DNA of 63,619 nucleotides, filler included, from Basidioascus undulatus (GCA_000826855.1; 5 parts of 5 records of this genome joined end to end with filler, not necessarily neighbours in it), one strand, 5' to 3'; numbered from the whole stretch's first letter, positions 16,130 through 28,856 are shown. Made by a program: numbers and translations. The notes: generated from the sequence alone by a model not told the origin.

Positions 16130-17151
16130 TGTGGGGGAGATGAGCTGTGTGAGAATGTAACGACGAGGACGAGGCTCGCAATAGCGAGGATGGATGGTCG
16201 AAAGGAGAGCTGGAGGAGGCGAGAAGTCGGGCGAGCACCCTCGGGCGCAGTCGGGCCCGACGCGCTGGTTAGTCGCTGTTCGTCTTCCTTTCGGCCCCTG
16301 CGCCGCCATCCCCCCGGGACAGCCACACCTGGGCACCTTTGTCCGCCATCACAGACATATTCAACAAAGCTCTTCATCCTCCTCGCACACTCACCGCAAG
16401 CGTACAGCTCGCAATATAGTCGAATCCTCACCTATCAATCGAAAGCCGGTTATCAACATCTCAGACTCCGAGGAGGACGTCTTGAAGGTCGAGCCGGGCA
16501 TCATCAGGGCACGTCCCAGGCCCGTGAAACGCAACAACCCGTCCTCTGCACCGACTTTCGCTCCTATGGCGCTGCACTGCCCCTGGTCACACTGCAAACC
16601 TGGGCATGGGGGCTCTTCCTCCCCTACATGGCCAAGTGCGGTGGTGCACAGCTCAGTTGGGAGTTCGCCAAGCATGGCAGGAGGCATGCCGGGGGGGCAG
16701 AGCCACTCAGGAGAAAATTTACACAGGCAGAAGGCGTGTTTGGGGCCATGAAATGATGTAGTCTGGTGGGAATTGGGTGTGCATATACACACCGCTTGCC
16801 TTTCTTCTTTGCAACAAACACACACACATGCATCCCTCCAAAGCCATCCTCCATGTGGGCTCTCTGCGTGCAATCGCAGACCATGTTTTGTGAGAATAAT
16901 GTCTTCAGTGCTGCAGTCGCGAATCCAGGTTGAAGGAGGTGTGGGGGAACAAACCTCGGATTATCGGGATGCCGCGAGGCGAGGCTGGGGTGTGATGGGT
17001 TTGGGTAATGGGAGACGGTCGTGTACATGGGCGTGTGTCCCCGAGTGCTCCATATCCACTCAGAGTGTCCGAAAGCCGGTTAACCATCCATCTCACCCTC
17101 CTTCTGACCATTACCCACCCCCACAGCATCCATCTCCCCGCTCTCTTTCCA

Positions 17152-17251
17152 NNNNNNNNNNNNNNNNNNNNNNNNNNNNNNNNNNNNNNNNNNNNTTAAT
17201 TAATTAANNNNNNNNNNNNNNNNNNNNNNNNNNNNNNNNNNNNNNNNNNNN
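17152..17251. other. Assembly gap with TTAATTAATTAA linker
   Basis: 100-nt N run with central linker. Confidence 0.98.
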
Positions 17252-17509
17252 CGTCCCTTACTCCTTTCTCTGTTTCCCACCTCCTCACTTTCCTATACTC
17301 CCCTCCTCCCCTCCTCCCTTTCGCCTCTTCCCCTGTCTCCCCCCTCATCCACCTTCCCCGAGCTGGTCGCTCTCCTGCTATTCTTCCATTCCCCGTGTTC
17401 CCAACACCATCCTCTCCCATACTCCCACACTCCCGTTCTCCCCTCCTCTCTCCTCGATTTTCTCTTCCCTGCTCCCCTCCGCCGAACTGACCTGACCTGC
17501 CCTATCCAG

Positions 17510-19151
17510 TCCTCTCCGAAGGCGCCGTACGCCCCTCTCTCCCTACCCTGCCTTGCCCTTCCACTCAAGAGTCACAGCAGGTTGCTAATGATCCTGCTTG
17601 AAAGCGCAGCACCCCTACTACGTCCTCGAGCCGCACGTCGACATTGACTGGGCGTCTCCGAAGGGGGGGAAAGGTGCGTGGTGCCTCTTTCCCTCCCGTT
17701 TCCTCTCCGATCCCCCCTTTGCCTTTACATTCCTCGGTCCCTTTCCCCTTCTCATTTCCCCGTTCCCTCTCTCCTTCCACTGTGCTCGCCGTATCCACCC
17801 TCTCTGGAACCCCAAGCTGACGATGTAGGAACACGAATCCCCAGCGCCCCTCGACCCCGGCTCCCTCAAGTTCGCTAAAGAGAAGGCTGACGATGAAGCG
17901 CGTGCGTTGCCGCCTCATTCCCACTTTCTTCCCTCCTTCGCCTTCCTCCCCCTTTACCTCCTCTTTCCCCCGCCGTCCTTCGTCATTCATCTGGCGAAGG
18001 GTGTTCTGACAGCGGGTAATGCTCTGGGGATGGGCGGTAACAGAGCGTCTCCTCGTAGACGAGAAAGCCAAAGGCGACGAGGAGCACCCGGGGTACGAGC
18101 GGACGCTGAAGCTTTCGGAGGTGCGTTCCTCTCCCTCATTCCCCTCCCCCCTCCGGTCCTTCCCTCCTCTCTCCTCTCTCATACCTCCCCGTAGGGCGAT
18201 ACTTAAAAGGATGCGGTGACAGGTGGACCAGAACAAGTATGAGGGGATCTTCTACGGTGCGTTTTGAGAGAGTGGTAAATACGGTTGCTGAACGGGAGGG
18301 ATGGGATTGGATGGATGGACGGAATAGTGGGAGGACATGGCCCCCTGATCGACCTTAAGGCGGACGAGGACTCGATCAACATCGCTACGCACGTTCGTAG
18401 TTCCTCCGTCTCCGTCTCCTCCCTTCCCTCTCCCTTTCCTCTCCTTCCTCCCATCCCCCCAATCCTCGCGCCTCATGCTGAACAAAGAGAAACGGCGCTT
18501 AACACCAGATGCTCAAAACCGGCCGCCACATTTCCGCAGTATGCCACGGCCCGGCAGCGCTCGTGGGCGTCAAGGATGCGAAGGGGAAGTCGATCTTCGA
18601 GGGGGTGCAGTACGTCCTTCTACCCCTCCTCGCCCTTCTCTCCCTCCGCTTGTTCCTCGTCCTGCAGCTCGTTCTGGGGCTTTCGTGAGGAGGACACTGA
18701 TTCTTATGGCCGGAAACTACAGAGCCACAGCCTTCTCGAACGAGGAAGAGCAAGAAGTGGGGCTTATCGACAGTGCGGTGTCCCCTCCCTCCCTGCTCTT
18801 TTCTGTTTTGCAAAACGAAGAGGAAACTGATCCGGCAGGAGGGATGCTGCAGAGGCCCCCTTCCTCATTGAAGACCAGATCAAGAAGCTCGGCGGGCACT
18901 ACGTGAAGGCGCCCAAACCGTGGCTCGACCGCGTCGAGGTCGCGCGCAAGGGCGCGAAGGGGTCGCTGATTACCGGTCCGTTTCGCATCCTCCTTCTCTA
19001 ATCCTCCACTTCCTTCCTACTGTCGGACGGCTATGAACGGCGAATGGGGATTGCAGGCGAGAACCCCGCCAGTGCGCGCGGCGTCGGCGAGGCGCTCCTC
19101 GCGGAGCTGATGCCTCAGTTTGCGAAGAGCGTGCAGGACCGGCATGCGTAG
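17510..19151 (+). CDS. DJ-1/PfpI family protein, Hsp31-like glyoxalase III (copy a, 5'-partial)
   Basis: Spliced: LSEGAHPYYVL...WASPKGGKAPLDPGS...IFYVGGHGPLIDL...SAVCHGPAAL...ATAFSNEEE...PFLIEDQIKKLGGHYVKA...LITGENPASARGVGEALL; catalytic Cys present; TAG at 19149-19151. Confidence 0.9.
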
Positions 19152-19299
19152 CGTCCCGTCTGTAAGCATGGGTGCGGAGAAAGGAGGGGTTGGATGAAGG
19201 AAAGGGAGGGGGAAGCGAGGATAAATCGCGAATGCTGAATGCTTCTGGGTGTGGGCGTGCAATCGTGAGGCAAATGATGATGGTTGAAAATGCTATTTT

Positions 19300-19792
19300 G
19301 GAAGAATGAGAGAAGCTCCTGAGCAGCAGCCATACGGCGCACGGGCGCTGGGGGCGCTCGGTACCCGACTCTGACGGCCGAGGGAACGAAATCAAGCGCG
19401 AGGCCGGAACGTCGGGCGAGAGATCAGAAGGGATAGATGCCTGGTACCCGAGCCGCTCGCGCAGCCATTCCCAGCAGCTCCTGGCTGAGTCACTCGTAAA
19501 ACTCGTCAGAGATGGTCGCAGAAACATGATGTGGGCAAAGAGAGGAACACTCACATTTGGGGGAAGCATCGAGCTTGGGCGGCGGCATGTCGAAAGGCTC
19601 TTCCGGCTCGTGCATCAAGTAGTGCTTGGGCTTTACATAGGGGTTTCGAGTGCCCAGGACGAGCGTACCCACCTGAGAGCGGTGCCCCAAGAGAACGGGG
19701 AAATGAAGGCCACTGGAGATTCCGGGGTGCGCCGCGACGGCGAGCCTGATCGATAGGGCGTCGACCGGGAGAGCGAGGACCGTGGTCGGCAT
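19300..19792 (-). pseudogene. Unnamed family X, copy 1 (3'-truncated)
   Basis: MPTTVLALPVDALSIRLAVAAHP...RRMAAAQELL is homologous to copies 2-4 in this window; internal stops; ends against the DJ-1a 3' UTR. Confidence 0.7.
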
Positions 19793-20536
19793 GATAGAAT
19801 CGATCGAGTGGTCCCGAGAGAGAATCTGAAGTGTTGTAAATTCAGAGCTGGGTGGCGAGCGTGATGGCAGGAAGCAAGAAGCTGGGCGGAGCACAGGGGA
19901 ACGAAGGGGGGAGGTACAAGCGTCGGCCTGAGTTAACGTTTCGCCCTCCGCTCGTCTCTTCATTTTAGAACGGCAACATGGGTTGTGGCCCTTACTATAA
20001 CTGTTCACCCTGGGTGGAGTATCAATATGAAAGCTTCTTCGCGAAAGTATTGTCATATTACGGCGGCTGCATGGGGCAAACAACGGAAGTACTCGCACAG
20101 CTGCTGACCTGCGCTGGGCAACGACAAAAGGTTGCTGAATTTCCTCATACAGTAAAGTATGTGAGTACAGTAGTTTTAGTAGATACCAGAATATTCGACC
20201 AACCGTCATGCCTCCGGAATCAAAGAACGCCTTGGGCGTCGGGCCTGCAGCCAAGGCCCGCTGAAGCTCCCAACGCACCGCCGGTGAAGAGACTGAAAGC
20301 CCTGGCTTAAAGGTCTTGTTGTTCTCGACCTGCGTCTTAGTACACAAGGGCCAGAATGATCCAGGAAGTAAGACGCAGTGCTTCACTGTAGAGCTTAAGT
20401 ACTGACTTGAGCTTGCTCGTCTATGTAGAGCAGAGGGTTGTCCAGCATGCAGATTGTCCTTTGATCATATTTCAGGGGTAGGTTCCACACTTTCTGCAAA
20501 TAACAACACGTCCGGCCGGCTATAGCCTCCCACGAG

Positions 20537-21724
20537 CTAAACCACGCGCCCCGGGTCCATTGCGCTCTCCTGGCCTACATCAACGCGGCCATGAAACGAG
20601 ATCGGAAGGGACTTGCCAGGCCCTACAGAAAACTCGTTCAGAGCCGAAGCGATTCTGATACCTCTCTTCAGCTGGCTGAGCCTCGGGTCATTGTCTTCTG
20701 AAAAGAGCTCGTCGGACGACACGACGCGCAGCTGGAAGCGCTCGACAGCAAAATCGAAGAAGCGCCGGTTCGTCCGCGCCATCTCCTCGGTCTCTTCCGC
20801 GAGCTCGAAGCGAACGGGGAGAGGAGGGACAGAACGCTGTACTGTGCGCTTGGCGATAAAGTAAACCGTTGTCGCGAGAGGTGTTGGAGCGCGCGACAAG
20901 CTGCAGACCGTACTGTCGAGTTTGTGCCTCCAGTCAGCACGAAGATGCGCTGCGCCGACGTCACCGAGGGAATATGACAGTTACCAGAGCAAGGAAGGAG
21001 GAAGCGTAGCCCGCCTTTTCAATAGTCAATATATAAGTTATGTGCAAGTAAACGAGCCGCTCGAGGCACTGTTGGCAGTGCGTGCACTCTTTCGGCCCGC
21101 CCCACGGGCAGAGGGCATGGATGCGAGCCCTTTCCTCGATTGCCTCCTTACGATGCGTCCTCGATTGCCTCCTTCGAGCGTCCTCGATCGCGAAATCCAT
21201 GAGCATGCTGCCGATGAGTTCGAGCACTTCCCGGACTGCAGCGAGACGGAGTAGCGAATGCTCCGATCGAGACTTGAGCGACACCGGCGCCTTGGGTGGG
21301 GCTGATACCGGCGCACTACCAGCGCCTTAGGAGGCGCAGAAGATGAGAAGCCTGTCTGCCTTCCGAGCCACGTCCAGAACGTCGTGCGGGCTGCGGGATG
21401 TTCGAGGTATCAGCGGGCATTCCGGTGATGGTGGGGGTAAGGAAAGCGCTCACTCTCCGCAGCCGGGGGCACAGCCGGGGGCACAGCCGGGGGCACAGCC
21501 GGGGGCACAGCGAGGGGCACAGTGACCGGCGCTTAGGGAGTGTGGTATTTATGAGAATAGCCGTATGCGAACTTGACAGGAATCCCAATGATCAAAGAGC
21601 CCAAACGCTGTCGATTCCCGAGGAGAGCAAGCAAGTCGAGTCCACCGGTGCAGGACGGCCAGGCGTTGGCGGCGATTGAGAGCGACATGGCGTCGACTGG
21701 CAGAGCGAGGACACTGACTGGTAT
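20537..21724 (-). pseudogene. Unnamed family X, copy 2
   Basis: (ATA)PVSVLALPVDAMSLSIAANAWP...LLRLAAVREVLELI...CPWGGPKECTHCQQC...RFELAEETEEMARTNRRFFDFAVERFQLRVV...LPISFHGRVDVG; start codon ATA where copy 3 has ATG, and in-frame TAA at 21533-21535. Confidence 0.8.
21460..21519. repeat. 12-bp minisatellite (CAGCCGGGGGCA) x5 inside family X copy 2
   Basis: Four perfect units plus one degenerate unit; encodes VPPA repeats on the minus strand. Confidence 0.95.
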
Positions 21725-22173
21725 GAGGGGCTGATGGATTATGGGAGGTGCTTCGAGCAATCGAGCTGGTAAGTAGGCAACGCGGCGGTGAATAGGACTG
21801 ATGATGGTATAAGGGCAAGGGGCGAAACAACAAGGGTGTTTGGGGAATGGGTGGACAGAGCGGAAGCAGACGTATGGAATGTGCGAGCTTTTCATACGCT
21901 CTATCGATGAAGGCTGTCCTGTGTCTTATATGAGGATTTGTGCAGATAGGCTGGTGTGTCGCCTCCGAATGTGGCTACTGAACACGATTACCGTTGTTAC
22001 AGACTTGAAGGCTGCCTTGTCGGGCCGGCCTTGCTGCGTTGGCCATCGCTGGACGAGCTGATGCAGCGGAATAGAGGCATCTGAGTAACTCATGATTGTT
22101 TTTTTTTTCTTTTGATAAAAGCTTTATACTAGGTCCCCAAACCACTTTGGTTTATTTTTAAAAAAAACTGGGA

Positions 22174-22889
22174 GTTGTCACAGCCCCGACCGAAAGATCC
22201 GGAACGCTCACCGGCATCCACGAATCGTTCTTCACTGGGTTGGTTGGGTTTATGGGGCACAATCACAGCCTGAGAAAAGCTCAATCACTTTATGAACCGC
22301 CATCAGGATTTGACGGAAAGGGCTGAGAGGGGATGACCTTTCGGGCGGGTCTGTGAAGCCGGAAAATCTTCGCAAAGGATCAAACAGAACTGGGGGGAGT
22401 GGAACCGCCATCATCGCACATTAATTCCCATTGTCGCTACAGTCCCCTTAAACCGGTGCTGTTACTCGGGGATACTGATGTTAGGCCAGCCCAGCATTAC
22501 ACGGCCTCTGTCCCTGTCAAGCATATCCTGCTTCCGAGAACACAGCCGTGGTAAGTGGCATCAAAGATTGTCGTGGCATCACATCGCAGAAAAAGATCAT
22601 TCAGATTAATAGGCTCGCTGCACCAGCTTGGGCAGTCGTGCAGGCTTTGTGCGGCTCACAGACTCGTCCTTTCCGGCTGCACCGCAGCTGCTGTGAATCC
22701 CTCCGCTCGGACGTTGCAAGAGCATGCGAAGCAGGCGTATAGGCAAAGCGAACATCAAGCAGGCGGAAACGATGCGATGCGAGCGTGAAGAGCCAGAAGG
22801 AGGCGAGCCCCGAGACAGAAGACAGCCTGACAGAAACCTGACCTAAACCCCTAGCCCTCATCCCTCACAGCGCCAGCTGCTGCGACAAC
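22174..22889. mobile_element. Possible solo-LTR or MITE-like relic
   Basis: Ends GTTGTCACAGC and GCTGCGACAAC form an 11-bp inverted repeat with one mismatch, including LTR-like TGTCACA...TGCGACA; AT-rich flanks; no target-site duplication seen. Confidence 0.25.
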
Positions 22890-24121
22890 GTGATTATATT
22901 CTTCAAGTATTTAGGATACCTTGAGATTTTAATTTTAATTGTAATAAGTTTTATAGGATGGCTCTTACGGAAGGAGCACTTGACTCGCTGCGCAAGGACG
23001 AACGAGCCCCAGTCCGACCGCAGCGGTTCTTCCACTCAAACTGGCATACACTGGTGTATCCCTTAAACAAATTTCTCACCTATAATCCAGCCCAGTGTTT
23101 CGTTTTCCAGACTTTGGTGGTCATGCGAAACGATAGTGAGCCCGCTGTGGCCGTTGTCTGCCTTGCATCGCTCGGGTACAGGCAGGAAGGGTTATGGCTC
23201 GCCAGGCCATAGACATCAAGAGGCCAACCAAACAATAGCTTCTACGTTGTTCTGGAAATAGCTTTGTCATATCCTGAGGCCTATGATAAGACCAATGTCC
23301 GATCTCAGACGCCATGCAGAATTCCACGCCGGAGCTCGGTCATCGTGCAGACTGCACCGCCGCTGCGAAGGGTCTGGGTCGTGCGGACGTGACTGTGGTT
23401 AACGACTATTTACAAAAGATTTAGATGTAAATTTGAGTCCTGATCAAAACCCTCTGAGCAAAGTCCCTGGGCCGGCGAAGCCCCACAGGGAAGACCGTCC
23501 TTGGCCTCTTATCCGCCGTACGCGCGGCTGTTCAGTCAAACTGCAGCCACATGCCTATGAACAGAATTCTCAACTTAGGGAGAGAGGTCATCTGTCTCAT
23601 GTTATGGCCTGATAATGCATTCTTTCCTGTTGAGCAAGCCGCATGCGCGATAACATTCTGCGAGGAACACGCGCCTTGACCAACCGGCGCGGAAGCGTCA
23701 GCCTCCCGCAATCTCTCGTATTCAATGCCTTCCCCTCCTGTGCACGATCGACAGCAGTCCGAGGAACTACCAAGGACCATCTGGATTGCCGCTCCCGCTG
23801 TACTTCTCTCCCTGAAGCGAGCTCCCGTTCCACCGCCTCCCCTGCCGCTTGCAGTCCCGGTCTCCGCGCACCCACCGAAGGGTGCGAACGTCGGGGTACC
23901 TTCATCCCAGCCGCTCGCAAGCGACTGCGATATGCACATCGGTGATTCCATCTGTCATCGCTCGGAGGTCTGCGCAGAATTCCCTTTTTGTAGGTAAACC
24001 GCTCAGAGCCCCCCAGCCAAAAGGGCAGTCCCAGCAGTCCGTTCACCCACCTGCCTTCATCTCATCAACTCAAGTCCATAATTCATTCATTTCATTGCAT
24101 CATCATCTCAGCCTCTCCCCT

Positions 24122-25228
24122 TCAAGCCTTCTGCAGTGCTTCCAGAATCGCCTTGCCGACGGCGGTGGCGGACGACGGGTTCTGGCCGGTGATGAGGATC
24201 CCGTCGGCGTTCTTGGACACGACGACTTTCTCGCCCCAGGCGTCGGATGCCTTGACGTACGTGCCGCCGTTCTGCTTGATGCTCTCCTCCGGGAGGAAGG
24301 GGATCTCTGCTCGGGAGAAGGAGCGTGTGAGAGGCCGCGGAGGTCGGGAAGAGAGAAGATGGAAGGGGGAAAGGAGTGGGGGAAAGGAGAGCAGACGCAC
24401 TGTCGACCTTCTGCACCTGCTCTTCCTCAACGTTCGAGAACGCGGTCGCCTCGCGGCCGCTGTGGAAGTCCAAAATCAAGAGGGTCAGGGTAAAGCAGTA
24501 GGTAGCAGGAAGATTGGAGGAGATAGGAAACGCACGCGAAGATGGACTTGCCGTCCTTGCCTTTCACATTGTGCAACGCCGCAGGGCCGTGGCAGACGGC
24601 GGCGGTGGGGCGGCCGGACTGGTAGAACTGCGTTCGGGAAGAAGAGCACGCTTGTCAGTGGTTTATGGTGCGGGAAGGGTGAAGGAGATGGGAACAAGGG
24701 TGTGAGACGGGGGAAGGGAAGACGACGCACAGTCTCCGCGAGCTTGATGGACTCCTTGTCCGTCGCGAGGTCAAGCACGGGGCCGTGGCCGCCGACGTAG
24801 AAGATCGCATCGAATTTAGCGGGGTCGATCTCGGAGAGCTTCTTGGTGTGCTCGTAGCCGGCCTTGGCCTTCTCGTCCTTGAGGAACTTCTGGCTCTCGG
24901 CATCGTCCTTTGCAAACTCGACGCTGCCCGGGTCGAGCGGCGCCTTGCCGCCCTTCGGCGACGCCCAGATGATCTCCGCCTTGTCGTGCAGGGCGTAGTA
25001 GGGGTGGGCGGCCTGGGATTGGGGAGGGAAGGTGTGAGGTCAAGGAAAGGGAGAGGGGGGAAGAGGGAGGGGAAGACGCACCTCGGGGAGGAACCAGCCG
25101 GTGGGGGAGCCGTCGAGGAGCTGGCGGTCGAGGACGCGTCAGTCTCGCTGTGGGAAGAAGAGCACGGATGGTCGGAGAAACCGCACCTTGTCAGCGGAGG
25201 TGAGGACGAAGAGAACGGAGGGCGCCAT
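24122..25228 (-). CDS. DJ-1/PfpI family protein, Hsp31-like glyoxalase III (copy b, complete)
   Basis: MAPSVLFVLTSADK...TGWFLPEAAHPYY...WASPKGGKAPLDPGS...FDAIFYVGGHGPVLDL...AAVCHGPAAL...ATAFSNVEE...IPFLPE...LITGQNPSSATAVGKAILEALQKA*; five GT-AG introns. Confidence 0.95.
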
Positions 25229-26116
25229 TGTTGTTTCTGGGAGTAGGGAGTGTGTGTGGGTGTGGGTGCTAGCTGGTGGGGTGTGCTGGGAATCAAGAGG
25301 GAAGACGCATCCGGCGGGGGCATATGAGCGTTGATGAGCCAGCAGTGTTCAAGTGTGAATTCTAGCCAGTGGCCAGGCGCCACGATTCCGAACGGGAACG
25401 GTTTACATGACGCAAGTTCAGTAAGCGAGCGCAAAACGCGCGTGGAGGGAGAGAAGACCGCAGGTGGAGGGAGTGTTTCTGCACTGCCTCTTCGCCTTTA
25501 TTTTTTTTCACAACCCTCGCTGTGACAACCTTTTCGAGCATTGGGAATCGGAAGTCTTATGTGTAACCGAAGTACTGTTTATTGATGCAGTACAAGCTCG
25601 AACCACAGTCAGTGACCGCCGGCACGTTGGCGACTTTCGTCCAACTTTCGACGCGATGTCCCCTGTCGATATGTTTCCATCTCACTCTTCCCATCAACTA
25701 GTGACTAGGTCTCGGTCAAGCCGATATAGGTATCTGTAGTCCATGTTCGCATTCGATGTCCCTCGATATTCCCTCCCCCTGTGCGTGGTCTTCAAGCAGC
25801 TCGGCGTGCCCGCCAACTCCACCTCCAACGGGTGAGAGACATGCTTTCGGCAGCTGGTTTCGCGCTGCGAAACTGATCTCAACCAAACAATCGACTTGTG
25901 TACTATGAAAGACCCATGAACTAGAGAGGCAACCTTCCAGAGGGCTAAATAGTATATTGAAAGCAGGTACATTCCAGACTTTTTGCTTCCGCTCTGCACA
26001 AGACCGCAACAACGCCCGTTGCTTCGCTCGGCTTCTTGCGCTCTGACCATCACCACCCCTATTCACAACCGCGCGTTGTATACACGCCCTCGCTCACCCA
26101 TAATGATTAGCCCATC

Positions 26117-27155
26117 ATGCCAGTCACTGCACTCGCGCTGCCCGTCGACGCCATGTCACTCTCGATCGCAGCCAACGCCTGGCCGGCCTCCGCGGGCGGA
26201 CTCGACTTACTTGCTCTGCTCGGAAATCGCCCTCGACCAGAGTCTCTGATAATTGGGACTCCGGTCAAGTTCGCATATGAGTACTCGCATGAATACCACA
26301 CTCCTAAAGCGCCAATCATTGTGCCCACGGTGGCGGAGGGTGAGCGCTTTCCTTCCCACACCTTCACCGATCCGCCCGCTGAGAGGTTTCATTACTTCCT
26401 GGGCTCGGATCTTCGGATTGGCGGGCCTCTCGGGCTCAACTCCTCCCAAGTGGCTCGTCTCGCCGAAGCCTCGACCAATGCATTCGCTACTCCGTCTCGC
26501 TGCGGTCGAGGAAATGCTCGATCTCATCGGCAGCACGCTCATCCAGTCTGCGATCCAGGATGCGGGAAGGAGGAGATGGAGATGGTTATCATCCATAGCC
26601 ACTGCCCGTGGGGCGAGGCGAAAGACTGGATGCATTGCCAGTCCTGCATAGGCCAGCTCTCTCTTGCGTACACGTACCACAAACGAAAAGGCCGGTTACG
26701 TTTCTGCTTTCTGCTTCCAATGTGTCCCGTGGTTTTCATTGCACAGCAACTCCATGTAGACTGGAGGTACAATCTCGACAGTACGGTTTGCAGCTCGTCG
26801 CGCGCTGCAAAACCGATCTCCGCCACACAGACTACTTGATCGCTAAGCGTTCCCTCCCGTCCTCAGTTTCGCTTCTGCCGGACCGCTTCGAGCTCGCCGT
26901 GGAGACCGAGAAGATGGTGCGGACGAACGCGCGTCTCTTCAGCTCGCACTCGAGCGCTTCCAGCTGCGTGTCGTGCACCGAGGTCCTTCCGGAAGACGAC
27001 TACCAGTGTCTTGGCATTACCGAGAAGGGTATGATGCTCGCTTCAACTCTGAAGGACTATTCGTGCTAGCTGCGCAGCTTGGAAAGGCCCTTCCGATCTC
27101 GTTTCATGGGCGCGTTGATGTGGGCCTGGCGAGCGTGCTGGACCGCGTGGTTTAG
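26117..27155 (+). pseudogene. Unnamed family X, copy 3
   Basis: MPVTALALPVDAMSLSIAANAWP...; colinear with copy 2 through LPISFHGRVDVG but needs several frame changes. Confidence 0.8.
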
Positions 27156-27339
27156 CTCGTGGGTACTGTAGAAGGGCTGAAGATTAGCTATTTGTCTTTT
27201 ATCGCACATGTATCTGTAAACTTGGCAAGGGGTCGTGCTGGACAATCCTCTGCTCGGGCCGGGCAACACAGTCTGGGGTTTGCTCTACAACGAATCGACT
27301 GCAACGTACTTTCGAGGCCCAACTGTACTGAACGTTCTG

Positions 27340-28218
27340 ATATCAGACTCGATCTCGTCCCCAGCGACTCTCAACCTCCTGAAATTCTCAAATTGCTCGA
27401 CGTCTTACAATGCCTTCATCGCTCTCGGACCTTCGAAGCCAGATTCGCCTCGCCCAGACCGCCCTCGCCCAGCGCGCGTTGCCGCCTGGCCGCTGTTCAG
27501 GAGCTGCTTGATCTTATCGCCGACAAGCTCATCCACTTTGGCATCGAGTATCCAGGAGGAAGTATGTCAAAGCTATGGCTGCCGGGCATGACGAGTGTAT
27601 GTGGGGCGCGCCGAAGTCCAGGGCGCATTGCGGAGAATGCCTCGTCGCTTGCGAATACAACCCAGGTATCTGCACTCTTTCACGATACATAATTTCAAAC
27701 CCCGTGAGGTGCCCTGCGCGTCCAACATGCTGAAGCCGGTAAGTCTGCGGTTCTCCAATCTGTCCGATGCGCGGCACGGCTCGCTCATCGCTAACACCTT
27801 ACTGCATTCCACTTCGCAGTACGGCTTGCAGCTCGCTGCCCGTGCGAGTACAACCTCCGTCGGACCCATATACTTCATCGCGGGGTACGGCCCCGAGAGC
27901 GTCATCCAGCCCACGCCGACGAGCTTCGAACTCTCAGGCCGACGGATGAGATGGTCCAGACGAGCAAGCGCCCGTTCGAGCTCGCCGTTGAGCGCTTCAA
28001 GCTCCGTGTCGTGCCCCGCGCGAAGCTGTTCCCAGATTCTGGGACGGAGAAGCATTCAGTCCTGCACAGACGCGCCAGCTCGCAACGATCCTCGTCAACT
28101 ACGCTGCGCGCCCGGGGGAGCCGCTGCCGATTGTGTTAGGCGGGACTATCGACATGGGCATGGCGTGACGAGCTCAGCTTGGGGGCGGATGTTGGAGCTG
28201 GAGATTTGCTTGGCTTGA
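27340..28218 (+). pseudogene. Unnamed family X, copy 4 (more divergent)
   Basis: RLAAVQELLDLIADKL, CMWGAPKSRAHCGEC, QYGLQLAARA and PFELAVERFKLRVVP match copies 2 and 3; frameshifted; start approximate. Confidence 0.7.
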
Positions 28219-28856
28219 GGAGTTGCGATGGGCAGAGCTATGGCGGTCTGGCGGTGTTATCTGGCGCGTTGACTGACATCCATCGTTCCTCGTTCCTTCT
28301 TGGCACGGTACACATGCACAGCAGAGCATTGCAGCCTTTTACTTTTACTTGTGCTTAAGATTCATGGCAGGTCATTCCCACTTTCAGAACTCCTGTGGCT
28401 CGCTGGAGTTTCGGATGGTAGTGGAAAAGCGCCCTTGCCCCTTCACGACTTTCAATTTCAGAAACAGATGGCGCCATTTTCGCGCCGGTGCTATAAGGCT
28501 CATCCTTCATAGAATTTCAGAGCCCTTCCTGTGAGACCCAGTCCATTCTACCGGAAGATCGGCTTGTCACGGAAAGCGCAATAGCACAGGTTCACGTTTG
28601 GAGGAACATGCACGCCCCCGATGCGACACGAATCGCTGCCTCTTGAGTGTTGTGCGTCTCTGGTGTTACTACGGAAAAATATCTAGGGAAATCATATTGA
28701 CCTTCGAACCTCCAAGGCTCTTTTTTGCCCAAAGTTTCTCTCGAAACAAGCTCTGCAGCCGCCGTTGCGTGTCATGGCAGCCTCACTGGCCCGCCAGCGT
28801 CTTGGAAGAGCACTTTCGGTCGCACGATCCCCGCCTCAACAATACTTTCTAACGAG

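Noticed and set aside
21460..21519. CRISPR-like array
   Set aside because: Contiguous 12-bp tandem units without spacers, in eukaryotic DNA.
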